Positions 9,780 through 21,324 are shown, counted from the first letter of the stretch. The stretch is DNA of 64,000 nt from Elusimicrobiota bacterium (GCA_027340875.1 DAIENX010000008.1:1-64000), one strand, 5' to 3'. A program made the numbers and translations. The notes: generated from the sequence alone by a model not told the origin.

Positions 9780-10490
9780 ATGACGATATTCTGGAGAATG
9801 CTCCTCGCGCACCTGCTGGCGGACTTCACGCTGCAGTTCGACATAGTCAACAGGCTGAAGCGCAAGAACATGCTGGGAATGTGGATACACTGCCTCACGC
9901 ACGTCGTGGTCTCCCTCGCGCTGACCTGGAACCACCTGTCCGAGACCTGGTTCAGCGCCTGGGGGACTCCGGTGAACGGCTGGGGCGCGGTGGCGCTGAT
10001 GTTCGTGGTGCATTACGGCATCGACGAGTTGCGCATCTACAGCATGAAGCGCGGCTACCGCGATAACACGGTGAGCTTTCTGGTCGACCAGACCGCCCAT
10101 ATCTACCTGTTGTTCATGATCTGCCCGGTCTCCATGGGCGCTTCCGCCTCCCTGACCGGGGAGAAATGGGCCGCCATAGCCTCCCTGCTGGTGCTGATCA
10201 CGCACTTCACCACGGTGCTGATCTACTTCCTCGAAAAGGACATCTTCGGGAAGTCGTTCCCGGACTTCGACGAGAAGTACTTCCTGATCTTCGAAAGGCT
10301 CGTAGTCTGGGCCTTCTTCTTCGCTTCCGGCTACTGGTGGGTTCCGTTCGCGGCCCTCTGGATAGTGCAGCTGCTCTACATCAAGCGCAAGCGCATAATG
10401 GACCTGAGCGGCCTCAACGTCTGGGTAAGCGTGGTGATATCGGTGGGCATGGGCCTCTGCACCCGCTACGTATATTACGGAAGCCTGTAG
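9780..10490 (+). CDS. DUF3307-family membrane protein
   Basis: LLAHLLADFTLQ, IHCLTH, VHYGID, DQTAH pattern; multiple TMs. Confidence 0.75.
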   Translation: MTIFWRMLLAHLLADFTLQFDIVNRLKRKNMLGMWIHCLTHVVVSLALTWNHLSETWFSAWGTPVNGWGAVALMFVVHYGIDELRIYSMKRGYRDNTVSFLVDQTAHIYLLFMICPVSMGASASLTGEKWAAIASLLVLITHFTTVLIYFLEKDIFGKSFPDFDEKYFLIFERLVVWAFFFASGYWWVPFAALWIVQLLYIKRKRIMDLSGLNVWVSVVISVGMGLCTRYVYYGSL

Positions 10491-10510
10491 CCTGCGTTCA
10501 AAGGACATCG

Positions 10511-11104
10511 ATGCTGGAAACCATAGCTAGACAGAAGATAGACGAGGCGGTCTTCACTTTCATCGACGTGGAGACCACCGGGCTCTCGCCGGCCTCGGCC
10601 AGGGTCTGCGAAGTGGCGGCCATAAGCTTCCGCGGCCAGGAGCGCGTGGGCACGATGGCCGAGCTGGTGAACCCCGGCATGCCTATCCCGGCAGAGGTCT
10701 CCCGCATCCACGGCATCACCGACAGCATGGTCAAGGACAGCCCGCCTTTCTCCGTGATCGCCGGCCGCCTGGTGGACATGATAGAGAATTCCGTAATAGT
10801 CGCCCATAACGCCGATTTCGACCTCTCCTTCCTGCGGGAAGAGTTCCGCCGCGCCGGGCTGAAGTTCCCGAGACGCCACGTGGTGGACACCCTTTATATA
10901 GCGAGGAAGAACTGGAAGTTCCAGAGCAACAGGCTCGGCAACATAGCGGCCGAGCTCAACATCTCCAACGAGAACTGGCACCGCGCCCTTTCCGACGTGG
11001 AGATGACGCGCAAGATCTTCGAGCATTTCATCGCCGCCTTCAAGACGGCCGGCGTGGTCACCGTGAAGGACCTCGCCGAAAAGTGCGGAGGGAAAACATC
11101 ATGA
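10511..11104 (+). CDS. DEDDh 3'-5' exonuclease (DnaQ/PolC-exo-like)
   Basis: IDVETTG, IHGIT, AHNADFD, VDTL, HRALSDV. Confidence 0.88.
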   Translation: MLETIARQKIDEAVFTFIDVETTGLSPASARVCEVAAISFRGQERVGTMAELVNPGMPIPAEVSRIHGITDSMVKDSPPFSVIAGRLVDMIENSVIVAHNADFDLSFLREEFRRAGLKFPRRHVVDTLYIARKNWKFQSNRLGNIAAELNISNENWHRALSDVEMTRKIFEHFIAAFKTAGVVTVKDLAEKCGGKTS

Positions 11105-12624
11105 GAGCTGACAGGCGGCCGTTCAGGCTGGGTGGAGCGCCGGATATAGTCGATTTCGCGGAGGTGGCCTACGGCTACCGGAAGGTGGAGCTCGCGCCCG
11201 CGGTGCTCAAACTGGTGGAGAAGCGGCGCGCCGCCCTGGAGGGCCTGCTGGCCGAGGACAGGGTGATGTACGGCATCAATACCGGCTTCGGCGAGCTGGC
11301 CAGCCAGCGCGTCTCACGGGAGAGCCTGCGCAGTCTCCAGGTGAACCTGATACGCAGCCACGCCTGCGGCGTGGGCGAGTCGCTGGACGACGCCGAGGCC
11401 AGGGGACTGATGTTCGCGAGGGCCAACGAGTTGGCGAAAGGCAATTCAGGCGTTCGCCCTGTGGTCCTTAAGGCGCTGGCCGGCCTGATCAACAAGGGCG
11501 TTGTCCCTTTCATCCCGTCGAAGGGATCTGTAGGCGCCAGCGGAGACCTGGCCCCGTCAGCGCATATGGCGCTGACGCTGATAGGCGAGGGCATGGCCAG
11601 GCTGCAGGCCGAAACGGGCTGGCGGCCCGCCGCTGAAGTGCTGAAAGCCGCGGGGCTCAAGCCGGTGGAGCTAGCCGAGAAAGAGGGACTTGCGCTCATA
11701 AACGGCACCCAGGCCATGAAGGCCGTAGGAGGCCTGGCGCTTTTCGAGGCCATGAACCTCCTGCATTCCTCGGTCCTCGCCGGCGCGATGACCGTGGACG
11801 CACTGAAGGGAACTCCGGCCGCTTTCGACCGGCGCATCCACGAGCTGAAGCCGCATCGCGGCCAGGCCGAGGTCGCGGCCCTGCTGGAGAAGTACCTCAG
11901 GGGCAGCGGTATACGCGCCTCCCACGCCTCCAACGACAAGCGCGTCCAGGACCCCTATTCGCTGCGCTGCATGCCGCAGGTCATGGGCGCCGCCCTCGAT
12001 TCGATAAGCTACGCCATTTCGGTGTTCGAGACCGAGCTGGCCAGCGTTACCGACAATCCCCTGCTGGTTGAGGGGGGCCGGCGCGGCGCGATAGACGTGA
12101 TATCCGGCGGCAATTTCCACGGCCAGGCCGTGGCTTTCGCCGCCGACTTCGCTGCCATAGCGGTCACGGCCCTGGGCAACATCTCGGAGAGGCGCATAGC
12201 GCAGCTCGTCAGCGATTTCAAGGTGCTGCCGCCGTTCCTGGCGCGCAACCCGGGCCTGGAGAGCGGCTTCATGATAGCCCACGTCACCGCCGCCGCCCTC
12301 TGCAACGAGAACAAGGTGCTGAGCCACCCGGCCAGCTCCGACTCCATAACCACTTCCGCCAACAAGGAGGACTTCGTCAGCATGGGCATGACCGCGGCGC
12401 TGAAGCTCAACACCGTGGTCAACAACGCGGCGTGTATAACGGCCATAGAGCTGCTGGCCGCGGCCGAGGGCATAGAGTTCCACCGCCCGCTCAGGTCCAG
12501 CGCGCGCATCGAGGCTGTGCTGGCCAAACTGCGCGAGATCTCCCCGTCGTTCAAGGGTGACGAGGTCTTCTCCGACCGCATCGAGACCGTCTCCCAGGCC
12601 ATACTCGGCGGACATTTCATCTGA
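11101..12624 (+). CDS. hutH: Histidine ammonia-lyase
   Basis: [19 protein letters not shown]-forming [47 protein letters not shown] overlap with the upstream gene. Confidence 0.95.
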   Translation: MRADRRPFRLGGAPDIVDFAEVAYGYRKVELAPAVLKLVEKRRAALEGLLAEDRVMYGINTGFGELASQRVSRESLRSLQVNLIRSHACGVGESLDDAEARGLMFARANELAKGNSGVRPVVLKALAGLINKGVVPFIPSKGSVGASGDLAPSAHMALTLIGEGMARLQAETGWRPAAEVLKAAGLKPVELAEKEGLALINGTQAMKAVGGLALFEAMNLLHSSVLAGAMTVDALKGTPAAFDRRIHELKPHRGQAEVAALLEKYLRGSGIRASHASNDKRVQDPYSLRCMPQVMGAALDSISYAISVFETELASVTDNPLLVEGGRRGAIDVISGGNFHGQAVAFAADFAAIAVTALGNISERRIAQLVSDFKVLPPFLARNPGLESGFMIAHVTAAALCNENKVLSHPASSDSITTSANKEDFVSMGMTAALKLNTVVNNAACITAIELLAAAEGIEFHRPLRSSARIEAVLAKLREISPSFKGDEVFSDRIETVSQAILGGHFI

Positions 12625-12640
12625 AGCAGGAGTTCCCCCT

Positions 12641-14290
<1,650 letters not shown>

Positions 14291-14301
14291 GGAGAACGAC
14301 A

Positions 14302-14799
14302 ATGGCTTCAGAATTCAGCTTCGACGTGGTTTCCAAGGTGGACTATAACCTGGTGGACGAGGCGATAGCCACCGCGATGAAGGAGATAGTCAACCGCTAC
14401 GACTTCAAGGGCGTGACCAGCGAGATCAACTTCGACAAGAAGGCGAACTCGATAGCGCTGCAGTCGGCCGACGAGTACAAGCTCAAGGCCCTCTACGACG
14501 TGCTGCTTACCAAGCTCAGCAAGCGCGGCCTGCCGCTTAAGAACTTCGCGCAGCAAAAGGTGGAGAGCGCCCTCGGCGGCACCGCCAAGATGGCCGTGAA
14601 GGTACAGAACGGCATACCGCAGGACAAGGCCAAGGAGATGGTGAAGGCCGTCAAGGAGCATAAGTTCAAGGCCAACGTCTCGATACAGGGCGACGCGCTG
14701 CGCGTGACCTCCAAGTCCAAGGACGAGCTGCAGGCCGTGATGGGCGTGCTGCGCGCCGGGGACTTCGGCGTCACCGTGCAGTTCGACAACTTCCGCTGA
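14302..14799 (+). CDS. yajQ: YajQ-family nucleotide-binding protein
   Basis: SFDVVSKVD, RYDFKG, IQGDALRVTSKSKDELQ, QFDNFR C-terminus. Confidence 0.92.
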   Translation: MASEFSFDVVSKVDYNLVDEAIATAMKEIVNRYDFKGVTSEINFDKKANSIALQSADEYKLKALYDVLLTKLSKRGLPLKNFAQQKVESALGGTAKMAVKVQNGIPQDKAKEMVKAVKEHKFKANVSIQGDALRVTSKSKDELQAVMGVLRAGDFGVTVQFDNFR

Positions 14800-16055
14800 T
14801 GGCCACGCTCTTCACCGGCATAAAGCAGCTGCTGACCTTCGCCGGCGACTCCTCTCCCCGCGCGGGGGAGGCCATGCGCGAGACCGGCCTCGTGAAGAAC
14901 GCTGCCGTGCTGGTGGAGAACGGCGTGATAGAAGCCGCGGGACCGCGGGCCGCGGTGTCGCGCCACCGCCTGGCGAAGAAGGCGAAGGTGGTGGAGGCGG
15001 GCGGCGTCTGCCTGCCGGGCTTCGTGGACAGCCATACGCACATGGTCTTCGCCGAGCCGCGCCTGAAGGATTTCTCGATGCGCACCGCCGGCGCCTCCTA
15101 CCAGGAGATCAAGGCCGCCGGCGGGGGGATAGTTTCCAGCATAGGCGCCGTCCGCAAGCAGGCGCCGAAGGCCATGTCCGCCCAGCTGGCCGGCCGGGCC
15201 GCGCGGTTCCTGGAATGCGGCACCACCACCGCCGAAGTTAAGAGCGGATACGGCCTTTCGCTCGACTCCGAGCTCAAGATGCTGCGCGCCGTGCGCGACG
15301 CTAAAAAACTCACGCCGCTGGAGCTAGTCCCGACGCTGCTGGCGGCCCACAGCGTGCCGCCGGAGTTCAACGGCGACGCTCAGCGATACCTGGATTTCGT
15401 GACGACGGAGATATTGCCGAAGGTGGCGCAGGAGGAACTGGCCGTCTTCGCGGATATCTTCTGCGAGAAGGGGTATTTCACCCCGGAGCAGACCGAGGCC
15501 TACCTTAAGGAGGCCGCGCGCCTGGGCCTGCGGCCCAAGGTGCATTCCGAGCAGCTCTCCAATTACGGCGGCACCCGCGCCGGGGCCGCGGCCGGCGCCG
15601 TCAGCGCCGACCACGCCGACCATGTCTTCGCGCAGGACATAGCGGCGATGCGTGACGCCGGTACTATCGCCACGCTGTTGCCGGCCTCCAACTACTACCT
15701 GGGCCTGGCCAAGTACCCGCCGGCCAGGGAGATAATAGCCGAGGGCGTGCCGGTGGCGCTGGCCACGGACTTCAACCCCGGGACCTGCCCCTGCTGGAAC
15801 ATGCAGTTCGTGCTTTCCGCGGCCTGTACGCGCTGCGCGATGACGCCGGAAGAGGCGCTCTGCGCGGCTACCGTGAACGGGGCCTGGGCGCTGGGGTTGG
15901 GCGACCGCTGCGGCGCCGTGGTCCCGGGCATGCAGGCCGACCTGGCTTTCTTCGACGCCGATGACTACCGGGAGCTCTGCTACTATTTCGGCGGCAGCCA
16001 GTGCCGCATGACGGTCAAGAGAGGCCGCGTAGTCTACGAGAAGGACCAGAAATGA
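14799..16055 (+). CDS. hutI: Imidazolonepropionase
   Basis: PGFVDSHTH, AGGGI, EVKSGYGL, DIFCEKGYF, KVHSEQL, ATDFNPGT. Confidence 0.93.
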   Translation: MATLFTGIKQLLTFAGDSSPRAGEAMRETGLVKNAAVLVENGVIEAAGPRAAVSRHRLAKKAKVVEAGGVCLPGFVDSHTHMVFAEPRLKDFSMRTAGASYQEIKAAGGGIVSSIGAVRKQAPKAMSAQLAGRAARFLECGTTTAEVKSGYGLSLDSELKMLRAVRDAKKLTPLELVPTLLAAHSVPPEFNGDAQRYLDFVTTEILPKVAQEELAVFADIFCEKGYFTPEQTEAYLKEAARLGLRPKVHSEQLSNYGGTRAGAAAGAVSADHADHVFAQDIAAMRDAGTIATLLPASNYYLGLAKYPPAREIIAEGVPVALATDFNPGTCPCWNMQFVLSAACTRCAMTPEEALCAATVNGAWALGLGDRCGAVVPGMQADLAFFDADDYRELCYYFGGSQCRMTVKRGRVVYEKDQK

Positions 16056-16897
16056 AGATCATCCTGTTCGACATCGACGGAACCCTGGTGAAGGCCGGAG
16101 GCGCCGGGCGGCGGGCGCTGGACCATGCCGTGGAAGAGATGACCGGGTATAAGAACGCCTGCGCGGAAGTGCAGCTGCAGGGCGCTACCGACAAGAACAA
16201 CTTCGAGAACGCCTTCAAGGCTGGCGCGGGAAGAAAACCCAAAGCCCGCGAGCTGGCCGAACTGACGCGCAGATACGTGGCCCGGCTGCCTCTCGAGGTA
16301 AAAGCCTCCGTCAAGGCAAAAAAGTATTTCAAGGTCGAAGGTGTGGAGAAGTTCCTCTCCCGCCTGGCTGCCAGCAAGGACGTCCTGATCGGCCTGGGTA
16401 CCGGCAATCTCAAGGACGGGGCCTTCATAAAGCTGGAACCCTCGGGCCTGCTGAAGCATTTCGCGTTCGGCGGTTACGGCTGCGATTCCCACCACAGGAG
16501 CGAGGTGCTGAAGAAGGCGGTGCAGCGCGCGGCGAAGCTGGCGGGAACTCCGGTGCGGGAAAGCCGGGTCTACATCATAGGGGACACGCACCGCGACGTG
16601 GAGGCCGCCAAGGAGGCGGGTTACCACAGCGCCGTGGTGCTGGACGGCTTCGGGGACAAGGCGCTTATCATGCGCTCCAACCCGGAGCTGGTCGAGAAGG
16701 ATTTCTCGGACATGAAGCCCTGGCTGATCTGGCTGGGCCTGGAGCAGGACCCCCGCGGAGTGAGGAGGGGTACCTATATCTGCCCGGATTCCCCGATAGA
16801 GCACGCGCATTACGGCCGCACCGGCATGGACCTGCGCGACATCGAGCTGGGCATGAAGAAGCTGCGCGAGGCCAAGAGAAGGGCCATAGGCAAATGA
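16052..16897 (+). CDS. HAD-superfamily hydrolase (phosphatase)
   Basis: ILFDIDGTL, GTGN, IGDTHRDVEAA; ATGA overlap with hutI. Confidence 0.85.
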   Translation: MKIILFDIDGTLVKAGGAGRRALDHAVEEMTGYKNACAEVQLQGATDKNNFENAFKAGAGRKPKARELAELTRRYVARLPLEVKASVKAKKYFKVEGVEKFLSRLAASKDVLIGLGTGNLKDGAFIKLEPSGLLKHFAFGGYGCDSHHRSEVLKKAVQRAAKLAGTPVRESRVYIIGDTHRDVEAAKEAGYHSAVVLDGFGDKALIMRSNPELVEKDFSDMKPWLIWLGLEQDPRGVRRGTYICPDSPIEHAHYGRTGMDLRDIELGMKKLREAKRRAIGK

Positions 16898-17892
16898 ACA
16901 TCGAAGATACTCTTACCTTCGGGGATATCCGGGAGATACCGGAGCTGCTGGAGGCCTTTTCCGCGCGGGCGGGAGAGGTGAAGCGCGGCGCGCTGCGCTC
17001 AGCGGACAAGACGGTCTACCTGGTGGGCCGCGGCTCCTCGGGTACCGCCACGCTGTTCGCCAAGTATATCTGGGAGACCTACGCCGGCACCATAGTGAAC
17101 TTCATCCACCCGCATTCCATCTTCGAGGCGAAGAAGCCGCTGAACTTCAAAGACCAGGCGATCTGGGCCTTCTCGCAGTCAGGCCGCAGCCAGGATATCG
17201 TGGCCTGCCTCGAACGCCTGATGAAGTGGGGGGCTAAGGGCGTCGCCGTCACCAACGAGGCCGACCTTAAACGCAACCCGCTGGCACGGCTGGCCGGGCG
17301 TCATATACTGCTCTCGCATTCCAAGGAAGTTCCCGTGGCGGCCACCAAGAGCTTCGAGCTGCAGCTCTGGGCCGTGCTGTGGACCGCGCAGGCCTGGGCC
17401 CGCTGTTTCAAGCCCGATGATTTCAAAAGTACCATAGCGGCGGCGCGCAAGGCCGCCGCCGAGAATTACGGCGGAGGGGAGCTGGTGGCCAGGGTAAAGA
17501 AGGCCCATATGCTGGGTTTCGTCGGGCGCGGTCCTTTCAACGCGGTAGCCGAGGACTCCGCCCTGAAGTTCCGAGAGATGGCGAAGGCGCACGCGCTGGG
17601 CTATTCCGCGGCGGAGTTCCTGCACGGCCCTGTAGGGGCCTACACCCCCAGGGACTTCGTCTTCCTGTTCTCCCCGGCGGACAAGCTGCCGGAGGACATC
17701 CTGAAGGTGAAAAAGGCGCTCGAAGAGCGCGGTACGCCTTATCACGTGGTCAAACCGGGAGCGCTGAAATACCCTTTCAGCTGCATCCCCGTCGACATCC
17801 GCATGAAGAAGCTCGCCCTGCGGCTGGCGCTGGCCAAGGGCCTGAACCCGGACAACCCCAAAGGCCTCAACAAGGTCACGCAGACTTTTTAA
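16894..17892 (+). CDS. Double-SIS-domain sugar-phosphate isomerase/deaminase (NagB-II/GlmS-C-like)
   Basis: GRGSS, SQSGRSQD, VAATKSF, LKFRE, AEFLHGP, C-terminal NPDNPKGLNKVT; no glutaminase domain. Confidence 0.8.
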   Translation: MNIEDTLTFGDIREIPELLEAFSARAGEVKRGALRSADKTVYLVGRGSSGTATLFAKYIWETYAGTIVNFIHPHSIFEAKKPLNFKDQAIWAFSQSGRSQDIVACLERLMKWGAKGVAVTNEADLKRNPLARLAGRHILLSHSKEVPVAATKSFELQLWAVLWTAQAWARCFKPDDFKSTIAAARKAAAENYGGGELVARVKKAHMLGFVGRGPFNAVAEDSALKFREMAKAHALGYSAAEFLHGPVGAYTPRDFVFLFSPADKLPEDILKVKKALEERGTPYHVVKPGALKYPFSCIPVDIRMKKLALRLALAKGLNPDNPKGLNKVTQTF

Positions 17893-17911
17893 AGGGAGCG
17901 CGTTCCCGAAC

Positions 17912-17942
17912 GGAAAAGGCCGGCTTTAAGCCGGCCTTTCCA
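17912..17942. terminator. Bidirectional intrinsic terminator between convergent genes
   Basis: AAAGGCCGGCT-tta-AGCCGGCCTTT. Confidence 0.75.
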
Positions 17943-17957
17943 TATTCCCGGGCTATA

Positions 17958-19904
17958 CTACAGCTTCCGTTCTTTGCCTTCCCAATCCATGAAGTGGACG
18001 CCGTCCATCGCTGAAATGATGATCCCGTCGCGCGTCGGCTGCAGCGTGCTGCGCCAGAACCTATCGCGCACGCTTTCAGGCAGCTCCCAGGCCGAATAGG
18101 GGCCGTTCGGGTCGTCGCCGGTCCTCACCAGATAAGAGTTGCCTATCGTGAACCAGAGCGCGCCGTTCTCCTCCCTGACCAGCGAGATGTCGCCTCCGTC
18201 GGTCGTGAGGCCCCTCAGTACATTGTCGATGGTGAACGACTCGATGGACCTCCCGCCGCGGGTAAGGATATTGAACTGCGGAGAGTCGAATTCCTTCTTC
18301 GACACGCCGTCAGTGCTTATGACCGTCAGAGTTATGCGCGATTTCCTGTTGTAGCCCCAGAGGGTCCCGTCCGGGGCCGCCCACAGGTTGGCGCCCAGCC
18401 TGAAGTAGTCGTTCCAGAGCTTGCGGGCCTTGCCGCCGGGAGGGCAGATATAGGTCACTTCCTTCTTCCCTTCCCGCGCGGGGACTATGTAGTTGATGCC
18501 GTCCTTGAGCTTCACCCCTATGAGCGGGGACTTGGGTCCCAGGGCGCCGGGGACCGTCCACGTCCGGCTTCCGGCTGTAACGGTTTTCCTGTCCACGGAG
18601 AGTACGGCTACGCCAGGGGCTCCGGCCAGGCTGCTCCGCAGGAAAGCGTCCATCAGGGCTTCCGGTCCTGTGCCGGTCAGCCACGGTTTCGCGGCCTCCC
18701 GGGCCGCGGTCGCGAGGCTCTCCCACTTCACCGGGGCGTCCCCGGAAGGGAGCTGCGCGTAATAGAAGCCGTCCTTGCGGCGCTCCGCAATTCCCGGGAC
18801 CTTCCCGCGCACGAAGTCCGCCCTCCATGAATCCGGCAGGACCGCACGCAGCTTAAGGCCGGCCGCGGCGCTGCCCTTCATCAGCACGCCCGGCTTGTCG
18901 TAGCGATCGCAGTATACCCAGACGTCCCCGTCGGGCGCGGACATGGTCTGGCCGCGCACGAAGGCCGGCACAGGGAAGAAGTAATTCGGCAGCCCCCCGG
19001 CCGAGTCGTCCGGGAAGACGACGGCGCGGCGGCCTTCTTCGTCGATAAGGAAGACCTCTCCTGTGAAAGGCTTCTGCACAAGCATGACGTCCGAAGTTCC
19101 CGCGGGCTCGCGGAATGAAAGGCTCAGCGGATATACCGGCCAGGTCACGTCGGCGGCTTTATGGTTCAGGACGGCAAGCCCGACGAAGGGGGGGATGGCC
19201 GGCGCGACGAGCAGCAGGGAGGCCAGCAATACTTTGGCGGCCGCCCGGGCTTCCCGCCGCGCGTAGGCGCGGCAGAGCAGGCGGAGCGCGAAGAGGGCCC
19301 CTGCCAGAGCGAGCGCGCCCGTGAGGGTATTCAGCAGGGCCAGCGGGATGAGCTTGAGCATCAGCTGCTGGAACAGGGCCGCAGACAGCAGCGGGACGGC
19401 CGTGAGGCCGAGCAGGGCGGCCGCCGCCAGGCCGCCGGCTACCGCGTTGCGGAAGGCGTAGGAGAGGGTAAAGCCGTACAGCGCGAGGAATGCGGCGTAG
19501 AAGACGTAATGGCGCGCCACGTGCGTGTTCACGAAGGTCAGGCGGTCGAAGGGCAGCGAGAAGCCCATCAGGGCGTAGACGACCGCTATGAGCAGCGCGG
19601 CCTGGGCCAGCGCGGCGGCCAGCGCGGAGAACACCTGCCTGTACTGGCTTTCGGGCAGAGGCTGCTCGGCCGCCCGCGCCCCGTCGGAGGCGGCGTCCGA
19701 GCCGGCGGTCCCGGCCAGCGTCATTATCGCCAGCGGGAGTCCCGCCAGCGCCCAGAAGAGCATAGCGAGATTCACGGCTTCCGGCCCCGTCATGCTCCGG
19801 GGATGGAACAGCATCGCCGCCGGAACGGAGAGGAGCACCGCGCCGAGCATGACGAGGAAGGTCAGACGGCTTTTCCTGAATTGAAGCGTAAGCATGTTCT
19901 TCAT
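17958..19904 (-). CDS. ABC-2-type permease-like membrane protein with large C-terminal soluble domain
   Basis: N-terminal multi-TM region followed by a ~400 aa hydrophilic, Trp/Gly-rich beta-type region; follows the ABC ATPase; start taken at MKNMLTLQF. Confidence 0.6.
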   Translation of the reverse strand: MKNMLTLQFRKSRLTFLVMLGAVLLSVPAAMLFHPRSMTGPEAVNLAMLFWALAGLPLAIMTLAGTAGSDAASDGARAAEQPLPESQYRQVFSALAAALAQAALLIAVVYALMGFSLPFDRLTFVNTHVARHYVFYAAFLALYGFTLSYAFRNAVAGGLAAAALLGLTAVPLLSAALFQQLMLKLIPLALLNTLTGALALAGALFALRLLCRAYARREARAAAKVLLASLLLVAPAIPPFVGLAVLNHKAADVTWPVYPLSLSFREPAGTSDVMLVQKPFTGEVFLIDEEGRRAVVFPDDSAGGLPNYFFPVPAFVRGQTMSAPDGDVWVYCDRYDKPGVLMKGSAAAGLKLRAVLPDSWRADFVRGKVPGIAERRKDGFYYAQLPSGDAPVKWESLATAAREAAKPWLTGTGPEALMDAFLRSSLAGAPGVAVLSVDRKTVTAGSRTWTVPGALGPKSPLIGVKLKDGINYIVPAREGKKEVTYICPPGGKARKLWNDYFRLGANLWAAPDGTLWGYNRKSRITLTVISTDGVSKKEFDSPQFNILTRGGRSIESFTIDNVLRGLTTDGGDISLVREENGALWFTIGNSYLVRTGDDPNGPYSAWELPESVRDRFWRSTLQPTRDGIIISAMDGVHFMDWEGKERKL

Positions 19905-19914
19905 AAAGTTTCCC

Positions 19915-20781
19915 CTATTCTCCGAGCAGTACCTTGAAGGTCTCTTCCAGCGGCATGGGGGAAATATCGGCCCCCGCGAATGACTTCTCCAGTTTGAGCT
20001 TCTCCAGCGTCCCGCGCCCGAGGACGGCGAACTCACGCACGGCCCCGGCCGAGCGCAGCGGTATCAGGCCGTCCAGCTCCGGCGCTCGGCCTTCCAGCCT
20101 GACGCCGGCCTTGAAGACCTCGCCGGTGAGGAACTCGGCGCTGTGCTGCGCGCTTATGACGCCGTTGCCGAGCACGCAGACCCTGTCGAGTATGCCGCCC
20201 ATCTCCCCCATGCGGTGGTTGGAGACTATTATGGTTTTGCCTCCGTCCGCCAGCTCGTGGATCAGGCCGTTGAGTATGTGGTCCCTGACCAGGTAGTCCA
20301 GGCCGGAAGTGGGCTCGTCGAGGAGCAGCAGTTCCGGGTTATGGGCCACGGCCGTTATCCAGGCGAGCTTGGCGAGGTTGCCCTTGCTGAGAGCGGCTAC
20401 TTTCGCCGTGCCGTCCAGCTCCAGTTTTTTACAGAGTTCCACGGCCTTCTGCATGTCCCAGCGCGTAAAGAAGCCGGCGAGGAAATCCAGGACTTCCTTC
20501 ACCGTCATGAACTGATGGAAAGCGGGTTTTTCCGGGACATAGCAGATCAGCCCGCGCAGCCTGCCGCTCCCGTCCGGGCCGGACCCCAGTATCTCCACGC
20601 TGCCGGAATCCATCGCCGTAAGGTCCATAAGTATATTGAAGAGGGTGGTCTTGCCGGAGCCGTTGCGCCCCAGTATGCCCACCACTTCTCCTTTGGAGGC
20701 GGAAAGGTCCAGCCCTTTCAGCACCTGTTTCCGTCCGAAAGCCTTCCTCAGGTCTTTTGCGGTCAGGATGTCGGGGTTCAT
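19915..20781 (-). CDS. ABC transporter ATP-binding protein (YtrB-like)
   Basis: GRNGSGKTT, LSKG signature, LLLLDEPTSGLD, VSNH. Confidence 0.9.
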   Translation of the reverse strand: MNPDILTAKDLRKAFGRKQVLKGLDLSASKGEVVGILGRNGSGKTTLFNILMDLTAMDSGSVEILGSGPDGSGRLRGLICYVPEKPAFHQFMTVKEVLDFLAGFFTRWDMQKAVELCKKLELDGTAKVAALSKGNLAKLAWITAVAHNPELLLLDEPTSGLDYLVRDHILNGLIHELADGGKTIIVSNHRMGEMGGILDRVCVLGNGVISAQHSAEFLTGEVFKAGVRLEGRAPELDGLIPLRSAGAVREFAVLGRGTLEKLKLEKSFAGADISPMPLEETFKVLLGE

Positions 20782-21149
20782 ATAAGTTTCCTCTTTATCG
20801 AAGAGATCATCTTCTCTATCTCGCTCCAGGAAAAACCGCTCTGCATGGCGCCTTTCAATGCCGCTTCCAGGGTTTCAAGTACCTTCCTGTCGGTATCCTC
20901 CGCCAGCTTTGCCGCGCGGGGGGAAATTACGTTCTCCTGTCCGCGCAGGCTCTCGAAGAAGCCCTCGGCGGTCAGCTCCCGGTAGGCGCGCGCCACGGTG
21001 TTCGGATTGACCTTCAGGTCCGAGGCCATTTTCCGTATGGACGGCGCCGCGTCGCCCGGTTTAAGGAGGCCTTTCTTGACGAGTCCCTTCAATCCCAGCT
21101 TTATCTGGTCGTAGATGGGGACCTGCGAGGTTTGATTTATCGTTATCAT
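20778..21149 (-). CDS. GntR-family YtrA-subfamily transcriptional regulator
   Basis: PIYDQI, PSIRKMA...VNPNTVARAYREL; short C-terminus; heads an ABC operon. Confidence 0.9.
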   Translation of the reverse strand: MITINQTSQVPIYDQIKLGLKGLVKKGLLKPGDAAPSIRKMASDLKVNPNTVARAYRELTAEGFFESLRGQENVISPRAAKLAEDTDRKVLETLEAALKGAMQSGFSWSEIEKMISSIKRKLI

Positions 21150-21150
21150 A

Positions 21151-21206
21151 ACTGTACCACCATGCTAGTACACTAATAGTCTAGCAGGGTCCATTGCGAT
21201 TGTCAA
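21151..21206 (-). promoter_or_regulatory. Sigma70 promoter with YtrA-type palindromic operator
   Basis: Minus strand TTGACA (21206-21201)-N17-TAGACT (21183-21178); operator AGTGTACTAGCATGGTGGTACAGT (21174-21151). Confidence 0.75.
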
Positions 21207-21324
21207 GACCAAAAATGAGAAAGCCAGAAGGATGTGCGAGGATGGGGACGTCCCTTCCGTGTCCCGTCTGAAAGGCCCGATCTGGCGGACCTTCCGTTTT
21301 TCTGCTGCGGTGGGGCGGGAAGCC

